A DNA stretch of 61,887 bases, filler included. It is 9 parts of 9 records of this genome, joined end to end, with 100 filler letters (N's around TTAATTAATTAA, not from the genome) between each part and the next. Parts side by side here need not be neighbours in the genome. Positions count along the whole stretch, not along the records: positions 1 to 15,525 come from SRR15195285_3154; 8 more parts are not named here. One strand, 5' to 3'. Below the pieces are notes generated by a model, which saw only the letters and a list, made by a program, of their open reading frames with translations, had not been told where the DNA came from and ran no database searches. Position 1 is the first letter of the stretch. The number at the start of each line of letters is the position of its first letter. Both the position numbers and the translations under genes were made by a program. Shown one piece after another: positions 1-11,098 of this stretch.

Positions 1-309
1 AAAACTCGTAGGATCAATGGAGGAGTTAGAATGGGATTATGTTTACAGTATGAAAAAGTCAAACATGCACAGGCAACAAGTACGACTTGCTCCCTTGCTC
101 GGGTCCGCGCGCGCGCGCCGCACTGTAGAGCACTGTAGCATTAAACGTATAGTTCCCTTAGAGCGTAGCACGCGTGCTACCGTACTCCGCAGGTATATAT
201 ACCCGGCGCCGGATTCAACGAAGCGTTAGCTCTAGCTCTAGATTAGCTAGCTAGAGGCACTCTCGCTCGGTACCGACGGGCCGGCCAGTAAACCGCGAGT
301 ACTCGCGCG

Positions 310-1618
310 ATGCACCGCCTCAACGCCTTGGCGAATCAGCTACACACGCCTTGCGAGACAGTCAGCAGTGCAGCAGCAGCAGCAGCAGCAGCTGGCACAG
401 AACTGCGCGGCGGCATTATCGGACTGGACACCTCGCATTCGACCGCCTTTGCGAAGGCTTTGAACGCGGCCGACAAAGCGGCCATCCTGCATGGCTGTCG
501 AATCGTCGCCGCGACACCACGGGGCAGCGCTGACATCGCTTCAAGTGTGGAGCGCATCCCAGGCTACACGGAGGAAGTCCAAGCCGTGGGGGTCAAGGTC
601 GTCGACAGTATCTCAGAACTCATAACCATGTGCGATGTCGTCTTCCTGGAGACCAACGATGGGCGCCCACGCCTCGCCCAAGCGCTGGAGGTGATCGATG
701 CTGGACTCCCAATGTTCATCGACAAGCCGGTCGCGGCTTCCCTCTCGGACACGCTCGCGATTTACGCTGCCGCCAAGGCCAAGGGGGTACCGATTTTTTC
801 TGCCTCTTCCTTGCGCTGGGCGGAGGGCTGTTCGGTATGGCCGCGAACATCATCGCAGCGCCACTAATCTTTATGACCTTGGATCTTGTGCGGCCGGGCT
901 TCATTGTTGACTTGCGTTTGAATTCACCGTAGGCGGCAAGGGCGGGAGACTTCGGCCCCGTGCTTGGCTGTGATGCTTTCAGCCCATGCGCGTTAGAGGA
1001 GACCCAGCCCGACCTGTTCTGGTAAAACTCTTCGTCACGCACTCCGGAGGCCCATGTCGTTGTGCTGGTCTCCGCATTGAAACGCAAAAAACTGACGTCC
1101 GCAGGTATGGAATCCATGGTGTTGAGATGCTTTTTACTGCCATGGGCCCTGGCTGCACCACAGTCGCCCGCACCAGCACGAAGGACACGGATGTCTGCGT
1201 TGGTACATGGAACGATGGCCGTGTTGGGACATTTCGCGGCATGCGAAACGTCAGTGCGTACGGAGGCTATGCGTATGGCGATGGTTCTGTCAATCCTCTA
1301 GGAGGAGCGCCAGGCTACGAGGTCATGCTGGTTGCCATCCTCGAATTCTTTCGGTGCGCAAAGCTTTCGCTCTTTCAAGGCCCCTGCGCCGTGCTCGCTG
1401 TCGCATTCTGACAGACTTTGTTCCTGCGTGGTAGAACGCACGTACCGCCGGTTGCCGACGAGGAGACGTTTGATATCTACGCCTTTATGATCGCTGCAGA
1501 TGAGTCGAAAGCTCGCGGTGGAGTGCCGGTCACCACACAGGAGGTAATGGAGACCGCAAAAGCAGAGGCTCAGAAAGTACTAGCCGATCACTATGGCGCG
1601 ACGTCCCCACGCGTCTAG
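310..1618 (+). CDS. Gfo/Idh/MocA-family NAD(P)-dependent oxidoreductase, bacterial type, with N-terminal PTS2-like peptide; 4 exons (310-834, 933-1021, 1105-1353, 1435-1618)
   Basis: Motifs GIIGLDTSHSTAF, MFIDKPVAASL, SASSLRW, PDLFW|YGIHGVEML and DGRVGTFRG join in frame across three GT-AG introns (835-932, 1022-1104, 1354-1434). N-terminus MHRLNALANQL fits R-L-x5-Q-L. Confidence 0.9.
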
Positions 1619-1777
1619 CGCCTTGCAGTGAATAGCAAGCCTTTTGTACGCATGCATAAAATATTCGTTGTGCAGGCATTCATACAGACATTGTCTTGAC
1701 ATCCACGATTGCTTCCTGACAAGGCTACAGCCTTCGCATGGCCTGAATATTCCTGGTACCACCTCGAAATGTCAGAA

Positions 1778-3182
1778 TCAAATTCTCGGTGCCCCACTTA
1801 GCAACGAGTTGAGGCTTCCAAAGAAGCCTCCAAGTTGCGGCTTTTGCTTGGTTGTTGAAAGATGGGACAGTTGCGTGGTCTGCTGGTCCGCTTCTTTAGC
1901 GTCAAGCCAGCCGTACTCATTGAAGGATGCGAGCTGGTTAGTACGAGACCCGCTACCTTGACCCGTCCACACTTCGATGTCGCACGCTGCCGCTGCAGCC
2001 GCGTCCCCACGTGCACCATCTTCGGCTAAACTCACGGAGGCCAGAGTGTCAGCGTTTGCTAGCTCTCGGTCGCAAAAATCGTAGACTTGGAGCACCTGCC
2101 GGTCACCAGTGGTAGGCTGTGAAAGCCACAGCAGACGGCCGCGTCGCACCGCGATCGCCATCGATGCACACCCACCTCTCCCAAGTTCCCACAGCCACCC
2201 TTGCTGCAGTCGCCCCTCCGCACCCGTACGCCTGACCTGCCACAGTCTCACTGCTTTTGAACCCATGGTAATCAGGAGACATCCACGCCCACTCACGCCA
2301 CGACCGACAGGATCGAGCCAGGCAACTTGCTGGACTGGTTCCGGGTGAGCACGAAAGCTGAAGTGCTGCAAGCCGTCTCTGCACATGGATGCCTGCCCAC
2401 TTGCCGCCGTGGTGGTGTCGAAGACAGTGACAGCACCGTGTGCGTTCCCGACGGCAACCAACGAGGACGAAAGCGAGACACACAGTGCCCTCGATACCTC
2501 CGCTGTTCCCAACTCGAGAGGTGCTGGCAGTGCTAGGCCAGACGGGACTGCGGAAGCACGAACATCGCCTGTAGCAAGCGCAACGACAACACGCGGCCCG
2601 GAGGCAGCGAGACACGTTAACGACTCGTGCGTAGCACGCCCGCTTGCCACAACCATCTCGCAAGTGCCAGTGTGGAGGTTCCAGACTCGGACGTCGCCAT
2701 TACCTGCGCCTGACGCACTCGCGAGCCTGCCATCGCCACAGGTGGACAACAGCTGTACGGGTGTACAATGTCCGGCCAGCAGCCGTACCTGCTCCATCGC
2801 AACCACCACGTCCGTCTCCGCCAGATCATCGCTGCGGTCTTGCCCACCAGTGCTCCACAGCCTAATCTCACATTCATCTACGCCTACGGACGCCCATAGC
2901 ACCGATTTCAAGGTCGAGCACTGCTGAGAACCTGCTTCTCCATCTCTTTCTCCATCTCCTGGCTCTACGGCTCTTACCTGAGCAGCAATATTGTCATCGC
3001 CCGCTGAAGCAAAATCAGGACGTTCAGCTTCACCGCGGCTCGTAGCAATGGCAGCGTTCCGATCCCGTGTTGCTCTTCGTCGCTTTGTCACGAGAGTGCA
3101 CGGCACGATACTCAAGACTGGCATCCCTGGACTGTCACCACCTCGCAGGCGTTCAAGCTCCGCACGGAAGTGCGCTTCCATG
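1778..3182 (-). CDS. WD40-repeat protein
   Basis: Single long ORF, first ATG at 3182. WD40-like units include LAGHCTPVQLL...LASASG...VRVWNLHTGTC, VAVGNAHGAVTVFD and AHPEPVQQVAW...VRLWQV. Confidence 0.7.
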
Positions 3183-3328
3183 CCAGCCTCGATGACATGC
3201 AAGTCCGGCTCATTGTCATGGTCAAGCGCTGCCGATCCACCGATGCTGTGGCTGATCCGTGTGCACGTGGGGCCGGGGCGTGGGGCGCCGGTTGTCTAGT
3301 TGCTGCAGTTTGCTGCAGGGAAGTGGCC

Positions 3329-3697
3329 ATGCGGGGGGAGCTGCAGGGCATGGAAATCCCGGATGAGTATTTGCCAGTGGCGGTGGCAGTCGTCATCGGG
3401 TTGATATTGGTAGTGATACTGTTCCAGTGCGTCAGCAACGCTCAGATACGAAAGCTTCCGCGCCCGACAGAAGCTGAGCTGGCAGGCGACGGGGACTGTG
3501 TGCTGTGCAAGCGAGTGATGAGCGTGGCACAGCTGCACAAGGGTGGCGTCAAGAAAGTACCTTGTGGCCACTGCTTTCATCTCGAGTGTCTGGGGTTCTG
3601 GATGGGGCAAAAGGGCAATGTCATTGCACACCGATGTCCGCGGTGCCGAGCGCCGATCACGGGTGGCAGTGGAAGCATGGTACCCAACGACGAGTGA
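3329..3697 (+). CDS. Small membrane-anchored RING-H2 E3 ubiquitin ligase
   Basis: Hydrophobic segment LPVAVAVVIGLILVVILF followed by CVLC...VPCGHCFHLECL..W...CPRCR (C3H2C3 pattern). Confidence 0.85.
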   Translation: MRGELQGMEIPDEYLPVAVAVVIGLILVVILFQCVSNAQIRKLPRPTEAELAGDGDCVLCKRVMSVAQLHKGGVKKVPCGHCFHLECLGFWMGQKGNVIAHRCPRCRAPITGGSGSMVPNDE

Positions 3698-4506
3698 TGG
3701 CGCCCCAGGGGTCTGCTACAACACGTGAGCATACGCTTCCACTTGTAGCATAGTGCATTTTCTCCCAGGGCGTCTGGGGAGTGGCTAAGAGCTCTCTGTC
3801 GCGGGTGACTGGGCCCAGGCAGGGAGTGTGCAGGCCACAACCAGCTACTGCGTGCATCTCGCAGGCTGCGAAAACGTGAGCTTGCCTGCTGCAAGTTTTT
3901 CCACGCAGCCCACCTGGACATACGGGTCGGCGCCAATCGATACCGACGGCGCATTCATCTGTCCATGGTTGCAAAAGACAAGTGGCCGGGAAGCGACGCG
4001 GCACTGGCGTCAGCTGGGTTGCAGCTGGGGTTGCAGAGTGAGGAGACACGGAAACCATAGAATTAGATGACCTAGGTCAACGCTCATTGCCGTTGGTTTT
4101 GCTCTCCTCCGGAATCCACCGAAATTTCCACACATTCCTCCTCTTTTGCCCTTCACCTCTTCTAGGCCGATCTGCTTCCTACACCTGTACTCCGCAACTG
4201 CAACGAATGCAGCCAAAGCCACTGCCTAGACGCCCAACACGTAGCGCAGCCAAGGTCCGACTCTCTGACTCGAAATCACGAGGTCGAACCCACCGGCGAC
4301 GTTAGTGGCCGCAATCATGAGGCTCAATGTGCCCGTGGTCTAGTGGAATATCGTAACCAAACCATGATAGCGTGCACATGAATCATTAGTTTTACATTTA
4401 GGTCTACCGGTACTAGATCTAGTAGGTGTGTCAGATGTTGGATGATAATTATGCAATGTTGTTAATGCAGGTATTCATTCGTTCAATTTTGTGTAGCCGC
4501 GCTCAG

Positions 4507-6660
4507 TCAACCGTACTGAGTTATGGCCACCCGAAGCACGCCCAGCTCGATGTCCACTGCGGTGGAGCCAAGATTCTGGACAATCACTTGCACTCGCCCC
4601 TCGCTTGCGACGTTTGCCGCCACGAGCACCCGGGCCATGCCGACTTTTTCTAGCGCCTGATTGTATAGCCAGTACAATACGCTCACAAACTGATATTCAC
4701 ATCGACGACTGGGTAGGCTAGAGCAAAGATATTGCCTTATGCAGGAAAAAGATCGAGGTGAATGAACATACCGCAGCGGCCACATCTCCAGGCAACGCTC
4801 CATCAACGTCCATCAGGATGAAAGTGCTCCCACCCGGGGCGATGCTCTCTGGATCCCACAGCACCGTCCTTGCGATGTGGCGACGCAGTGTCGTATCGAA
4901 TGCACCTGCACCATTGCCCCAGAGCAGCGAACCATCTGACTCAATTGCAAGCCGCGCGAATGCCTCACCAGAGTTGCCAATCACGATCGGATGTTCAGCT
5001 GACTCCAACGTGTACGCGCTCACGTCGGAAGCATTGAGCGCATGCTGTCGGTTGCAATCCTTAGTGTCTGGAAGACAGGTCGCCATCCCCGTGAAGGAAA
5101 GCCCACCTGCAGTGCCCACCACCGCCGGACCGATAGAAGCGCCACTACCATTTACAACACCTACCACACACACACGAAAGTGTTTATCAGGAACGAAACC
5201 ATAGTCTCAAAATTCGAATCAAAATGCGCACTGCTGGTCGATAATATCATTTTCTTTCAATGCTTGCGCGCTGATTTACGCGCTTACCTGCAAGCGCTGA
5301 CTGCATCACGTTGACATTCTTGACCCTTCCAGTAATAGCTACCACAGCAGCAGGAGTGTCACCCGCGCCCATCACCGTCACTCCGTTCAGCACGCCTAAG
5401 CACGTCGCAGCGTACATAGCGTGATCTGGACACGAGATTCGGTTTGACTACTACGCCGCCGCCAAGCTTTGCACTTCCACACAAATGTCTACAGCTCCAG
5501 CCTTTTTGCACGCACCTCCGGGTTCCGTAAGATTGAAACGAATGATGCCAGACTGACTCTGGAGTGAAGAACCTTCCCCCGCGTCTGCTGACATGTATCC
5601 GTTCACTGTGATTTGACCAAAATTTCGCTCTTGTGCTGGCATTCGCATTCGGATTGCCGACGATATCGAGGAGTGGAGTGTCACTGGATTCTTGCACGAC
5701 GTTCTTGAATTCAAAAAAGCCAGCATCTGGTGGGCTGCAGCGTGGCGAGAGCTGCTGATATTGAATTCCTCCAAAGTTGAAGACGGTGTCAGTGATCGTG
5801 ACAAGATACACCTGGTTGACGGCTGCAGCACGACTTGGAGCAGTGCTCGGATTGTCCTGCCCACGAAAGATGACGCTAGGTCTTTTGCTGGTGTTGTGCT
5901 GGCCGTCGTATCCAGGCGGAGTGGCTCCAACAAAATTGCAGCTGTCAATATACAGCCAGTATACGTCGACAGCAACAAGCGCGGCGTGATCCTCTCTTGG
6001 AGTGATGACTTCAGGTGGTCCTCGCTCACCCCACTCCGTGACCGTGATGCTCACGCGAACCAAGTGAACGTCTGAAGTCGCGACGATGAGCACACCCACA
6101 CGCACTGCGTCGATCGCCAGGTCCTGCAGGGTCACTTTCGCGCCAGTTGAATATTTCCACCCCCAGTCGCCGACCTGGATGACAGGCGATGGGCTGTGGG
6201 TCCGTAGGACGGAGGCTGGCGTAGCATGCTGCCCGACCCCTCGCAGCTGGACGACCTGCCCTACGGAGCGCGGGCATCGAGGGCAGGGGTCGGAATCCGC
6301 CAGGACGACAGTTGAGTTGACCAGATACGCAGGAGGTCCCTTCGCTGGCGCGACTGGCCAGTGTGTCGCTGCTGGAATGAACACGCGGTTGTGGCAGCCG
6401 ATGGCGGACAGCAGGGTGTCGTCGTCGTCGGTGACACCGTCCGCGAACGCTCCAAAGCGCAGCAAGTTGACTTCGCCAGTGGACAGGATGTCGGCGATAG
6501 TACTGGCATTCTGACATCGCGGATCGCCGGCGGCTGGCGCTGCCTCCGGTACTGAACAGACGCTCGCGAGCATCAGTACCAGCACTGACAGCTGCAGCAT
6601 CAGCACTGATCGTGGCGCCGGCGGCACCCTCAGCATCCGCCCGTCACGTGACGATGGCAT
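4507..6660 (-). CDS. Secreted right-handed beta-helix (Pectate_lyase_3-like) protein with phage tailspike-type C-terminal module; 3 introns and one apparent 1-nt frameshift near 5620
   Basis: Signal-like LQLSVLVLMLASVCS; beta-helix cap motif VNLLRFGAFADGVTDDDDTLLSAI; introns 5396-5515, 5161-5287 and 4657-4771; C-terminus WDPESIAPGG...VDGALPGDVAAA|ALEK...VQVIVQNLGSTAVDIELGVLRVAIT. Confidence 0.75.
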
Positions 6661-7085
6661 CCGTCGCGCGAGTCGAGCGTATCGGCGTACAAGCGCACGC
6701 GCGCGCGCGCCGGCGGTATCGCACAGTACGCGCCATCAATATTGTATACATAATACAATATGGTAGCATTCGTGTATTACGCGCCATTAGCAAATTAGCA
6801 AAACGCGTGCGGTGTCGATAGACTGTATCAGTGCCCAGGTTGAGCTATGTCCTATGAGCTGAAATGCATACAATTGTACTCTCTGAGAGTACGCGCGCGC
6901 CATGGCTGCATCGCTCGCCGCACGCCGCGGTACTATGTATATATGCGTGTAGTACGCACGCGTGCGTGAGCGGCGACAGATAGGAGCTACGTAGCTAGCC
7001 CGGAGCGGCGCTAGCGGATCCAGCCAGCTGTAGGCGAGGGTCGCGGACGGAGTGCTGGCGCACTGACCTGCTGGTCGGCATCGAT

Positions 7086-10000
7086 ATGGCGGCTGTGGAC
7101 CCAGAGGCTCTGTCTCACCAGCGGCGCGCCTTGGCGCCGATCGAAGCCCTCGTGCGTGCCCTTTCTGATGCAATGGCAGGCAATGGCAAGATTTTTGATG
7201 ACGACGCCGCCGGGCAGCATTCGTCCAAAGCCCAAAGCGGGGCGGAGCAGCTGCGCTTGCTGCACGGCGCGCTGTGCCAGCTCGCCGGTAGGGATGGAGC
7301 GGCGGAGGAAGAGCTCAAACTCCCTGAGGCGGCAGAGGCGGCGGGGGAGCGGGTGCTCGGGCTGCTGGACGCGCTTAACGCAGCAGTGCGGCGCGAGCGA
7401 CAGGAACAAGGAATGCAGGACGTCGTCGGAGCTGGGACAGTACCCATGCCAATACTTGGGCTGTACGCGCTCGAGAAAGCGGTCGAGTTGACGCACTGCC
7501 TTAGTTTCTTCCCGCTGCTGTCGCCCTCTGTACGCCGAGCAGTGCCGTTTGCCGCGTCGCTGAGTCCAAAGGACAGTATAGGTGTAAGCGCGCCGCCTAC
7601 GGACAGCACACCGTATGGGGAGATCGTGGTCCTGACACGTGCAACAGAGGTGGCGGCTGCAGCTAGTACCGGGATCGTTCCCGTACCTGGACCTAGCATG
7701 GGGCTGTTCTCGTTAGCGCAGCGCAGTGTGGCGCTACTGACCCAGCTCAGCGAGGAGCTCCATCCTGCCTTCCTGTCTGTGCGCCACATCGCTATAGTCT
7801 TTGCGGCGCTGTTGGAGGTGTGCTACCATCCGGAAGCGCGCGCCACGCCAGACGGCGCTGCGCACGCACGTAGTTGCAAGCAGCTATGGATGGCGCTGAC
7901 ACAAGCTCTTCCGGCGCAGCTGCGTACAGACGCTCTGCTGGCTCTCCAGGCCTCCTCTGCCACGCCATCATCTTCCTCGACCGCTTCCATGTCCTCGCGA
8001 AGGCAGGTTGGAGTTGGCAAATCGCCGAAGTGGTTTATCCGTGCAGTGCGTTTCCAGCTGAGCCTGACCATTGCAGCGAACAAGGGCGTGTCGTCTATGC
8101 TCTCTGCTGTGTTGGGAACGGACCACGCTGACGATGACCGTGCAGTAAGTGCTGTGGCGCGGCTTATCGGAGACTATGGTGCACAGCATGCTCTGCTTGG
8201 GGAGCACACCCGACGGTACTTCTTGGCAGTGGGTAAGCAGGTCACATCGTTGCTCGTCGCTGGTCTGGAAGGGACGGATGTGAACATTGATGACGGTGCT
8301 GAGCCGCCTACTGTCGGAGCTGTTCCTATGCGCAGGGAAGGCAAGGACCAAGCTGCGACAGTCGCTGCAATGCGATCAGGTTCAGCAGAGGCCTGGCGCA
8401 AGGCGGCTGCAAAGGTGGCATCGGCTGCACTGCGGTCAGCGCCGCCTGAGATTGGATTTGACGCGCTCGTTGCGCCGTGCCTAAGCTCACTGGCAGCAGT
8501 GCTTCCCGATTTGAGCCTACCTACTGGTGATGTATCCAAGACCACTGCCGCGCGCACAAAGACCCTGGAGCCTGAGCCTGAACCAGAACCAGCACCTGCG
8601 AAGTTGCTGTGCAGCGAGGCATCATTACATCGGGCGCTCTTGGAACTTGCTTCGATGCTGCGAGGAACCGGTGCTCCTCGCCATGTAATAATGGCTCTGC
8701 CCACGTCGTTTCTGCGCTTAGTGTACAGGCTCACGGCGTTCGCAAGCCAGCGTGCACCGTTGGCCCCGGCACGCGCGCTGGGGCTGTACATCCTGACGAC
8801 AGTCTTCGTTGGACTCGGAAGGAGTGCTGCGATACTCTATGCCATGCTTGGTCTTGCGCCGCGCACAACTGTCGACGAAGGAGACGGAAGCAGAGGTGTT
8901 AGTACCAGCGACAATGATGCAGGAGAGTTTTCTGATGTTTCGCTGAGAGAGTTGGAATGGAGATTGGAGCTCGGACCCACCGGTGGCCTGCAGATTGTGA
9001 AGGTGGCCCTGGAATATGAAGCTACTAGTGATGGCGAAGAAGCACCAGGCGCTCATTACGCATCTGTGATAGATCAAGACATGCTGGTTGACGAGCAAAA
9101 AGGTCTATGGGATGGGGACTGGATGGCTCTTTTGGCTGGTGAGAGTCTGCTCGTAATCGAACTGCTCGAAAGTTGCCAGCCTACAGGTGACGGCAATCAT
9201 GAAGCGTCGCAGAAGCCGGCATACCCGAGCGAGCAACAGACATCTCGAGAGGATGAAGCTGAAGGATGTGTGAGTTGTGACGCAGAGTTGTTTGTGCTCC
9301 TGCTGCAACTTTATACCGAGCCTACACCGGCGGCAGCAGCTCTCGCACAGCCAAGGTCTGCCCCAATGCAGCTTCTGCACTGGAGGCAGGTGTGCAAGTA
9401 CAAATCAGGTTTGGTACTGGAGGCTTTGGCAACTCAGCGAAGTACAGCACTTTGCGGAAAGGCTTCGCTTCCAGTGCTGCTTCCAATGCTTGACTCATTA
9501 TTGCGGAAGCCGACAGATACACTCACAAGAACGGTGGCAGCTGCCACTAGAAACGCCGACGATGCTGCGAGCGCGTGCATACATGACCAGCCAGAAGGAG
9601 TTGCCTCTCAAGAGAGTATTTTTCTGTCTGGCGAGTCAGCTGATGAGCAGGCACGGGAACGGATCGCTGCTGCAGAGGGTGTGCGTGATGCTATCGATAC
9701 TTTACAGCTGGTGCTCGGTGTATTATTAGCAATATTCGATCCGGAAGTGGAGCGACTAGCAACGATGAGTGGTGGTGGGACAGATTGGAGCAGCAGTACA
9801 ATCGATGGCGGCAGTGCAATTGCGGCGGCTGCAGGAATCTTGCGCCAGATTGATCGGTTGACTTCTGCCGCCGATAATGGGCCGACAATGAAGCGAACTG
9901 AGAGCCAGAGGCAAGGGCAGGGTCAACCCAATGGCCGCCGAGTCTTTAGCTCGCCGTCTGAGCGTCTGGCTCTAGTAGCAGAGGAAAAGGAGGCAGCTAG

Positions 10001-10985
10001 TGCTGCAGAGTTACAGGCGGTAGTGCAACTAGCAGTCATTGTACGCATGCGCATCCTCGCAGCACTGTCTACTGGTTCCGATGCACGAGGCGACAGCCAA
10101 GCTGGTGGTGACAGCGAATGCGGTGGCACGGCAGCACCAGGATACGAGGGTAGCGTTGAGGCCCTAAGTGTCAGGGCGCGATGTGGGGACTGGGTGCAAT
10201 CCCTGCCCGCGTCAGCGATTGTTGCGCTGTCGGAGCTCGCCAGTCCGATGCCTCCCATTCGAGCAAAGGGTTTATCCGGATTAAGATCACTGCTGCTTGC
10301 ACGGCAGAGTGCTGTCATGGGTGCATTGAAAGAATTGGTCCCACTGATTGAAGAGGCAATGCAGGACCAAGACAGTTTCGTCTTTCTTGCCGCCATAAAT
10401 ACGCTGGTAGGGCTAGCTGATGTCGCTCCTTCGGAGGCACTACCTTTACTGGCGGCACGGCTGTCCGATGAGGCGGTTGAGACACCATTGCGGTTGATGC
10501 TGACGGAAGTGCTAGAAAAGGCCGCACGGCAGTGCGGAGATGTGTTGCCGCACTATGCGCCTCTCTTTGTCAACGCCTTTATGGGGGGTACGGGTTCGCA
10601 GCTTCCAGCGCTGCGATGCAGCGCTGTTTCTGCGCTGGGAACTCTATGCGCGAAGTTGCGCTACTCCCTCCAACCCTACCTCGTCGATATCGTGCCAACG
10701 GCATGCCACATGTTAGCTATGGATGAGGACACCTCAGTGCGCCAGGCCGCCGCGTACTTGCTGGCAGAGCTGGTCGCCGGGTTAGAAGACTCATTTTGGG
10801 ACATCTTGCCAGACTGGTTGCAACTACTGTACAATACACTGAAACGAGCTGCCTATGAGACCAGCAACACCGACGATGTGACGCGGCAGCACGCCGAGCG
10901 GGCGCTGGACGCCATAGGAGAGCGCGCAAGAGCGTTCCTGTTCCCGAAGACGAGAGTTCAGCATCCGAAGATACTAGAACTATGA
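7086..10985 (+). CDS. TANGO6: TANGO6/Rtp1-family ARM/HEAT-repeat protein, intronless, 1299 aa
   Basis: C-terminal RTP1_C1-like block LASPMPPIRAKGLSGLRSLL...AMQDQDSFVFLAAINTLVGLAD, then LRCSAVSALGTLC and SVRQAAAYLL; N-terminal PKWFIRAVRFQLS. Confidence 0.85.
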   Translation: MAAVDPEALSHQRRALAPIEALVRALSDAMAGNGKIFDDDAAGQHSSKAQSGAEQLRLLHGALCQLAGRDGAAEEELKLPEAAEAAGERVLGLLDALNAAVRRERQEQGMQDVVGAGTVPMPILGLYALEKAVELTHCLSFFPLLSPSVRRAVPFAASLSPKDSIGVSAPPTDSTPYGEIVVLTRATEVAAAASTGIVPVPGPSMGLFSLAQRSVALLTQLSEELHPAFLSVRHIAIVFAALLEVCYHPEARATPDGAAHARSCKQLWMALTQALPAQLRTDALLALQASSATPSSSSTASMSSRRQVGVGKSPKWFIRAVRFQLSLTIAANKGVSSMLSAVLGTDHADDDRAVSAVARLIGDYGAQHALLGEHTRRYFLAVGKQVTSLLVAGLEGTDVNIDDGAEPPTVGAVPMRREGKDQAATVAAMRSGSAEAWRKAAAKVASAALRSAPPEIGFDALVAPCLSSLAAVLPDLSLPTGDVSKTTAARTKTLEPEPEPEPAPAKLLCSEASLHRALLELASMLRGTGAPRHVIMALPTSFLRLVYRLTAFASQRAPLAPARALGLYILTTVFVGLGRSAAILYAMLGLAPRTTVDEGDGSRGVSTSDNDAGEFSDVSLRELEWRLELGPTGGLQIVKVALEYEATSDGEEAPGAHYASVIDQDMLVDEQKGLWDGDWMALLAGESLLVIELLESCQPTGDGNHEASQKPAYPSEQQTSREDEAEGCVSCDAELFVLLLQLYTEPTPAAAALAQPRSAPMQLLHWRQVCKYKSGLVLEALATQRSTALCGKASLPVLLPMLDSLLRKPTDTLTRTVAAATRNADDAASACIHDQPEGVASQESIFLSGESADEQARERIAAAEGVRDAIDTLQLVLGVLLAIFDPEVERLATMSGGGTDWSSSTIDGGSAIAAAAGILRQIDRLTSAADNGPTMKRTESQRQGQGQPNGRRVFSSPSERLALVAEEKEAASAAELQAVVQLAVIVRMRILAALSTGSDARGDSQAGGDSECGGTAAPGYEGSVEALSVRARCGDWVQSLPASAIVALSELASPMPPIRAKGLSGLRSLLLARQSAVMGALKELVPLIEEAMQDQDSFVFLAAINTLVGLADVAPSEALPLLAARLSDEAVETPLRLMLTEVLEKAARQCGDVLPHYAPLFVNAFMGGTGSQLPALRCSAVSALGTLCAKLRYSLQPYLVDIVPTACHMLAMDEDTSVRQAAAYLLAELVAGLEDSFWDILPDWLQLLYNTLKRAAYETSNTDDVTRQHAERALDAIGERARAFLFPKTRVQHPKILEL

Positions 10986-11098
10986 ACGTTGCGATGCCAT
11001 GGCGTTCGCACACTCACACAAACATGATCCATTCGTTTGACTCAGCAACCACAACCCTTACTTACGCACCGCCTGAACTGTAAGCGCGAGGACAATAT

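Noticed and set aside
3863-3910. Hairpin GGCTGCG...CGCAGCC downstream of the RING gene as a SECIS or ncRNA
   Set aside because: No AUGA/GA core and no internal TGA in the upstream gene; a chance stem in GC-rich DNA is plausible.
4507-6660. Prophage or bacterial contamination
   Set aside because: Isolated gene with spliceosomal introns and a signal peptide between eukaryotic genes; no other phage genes.
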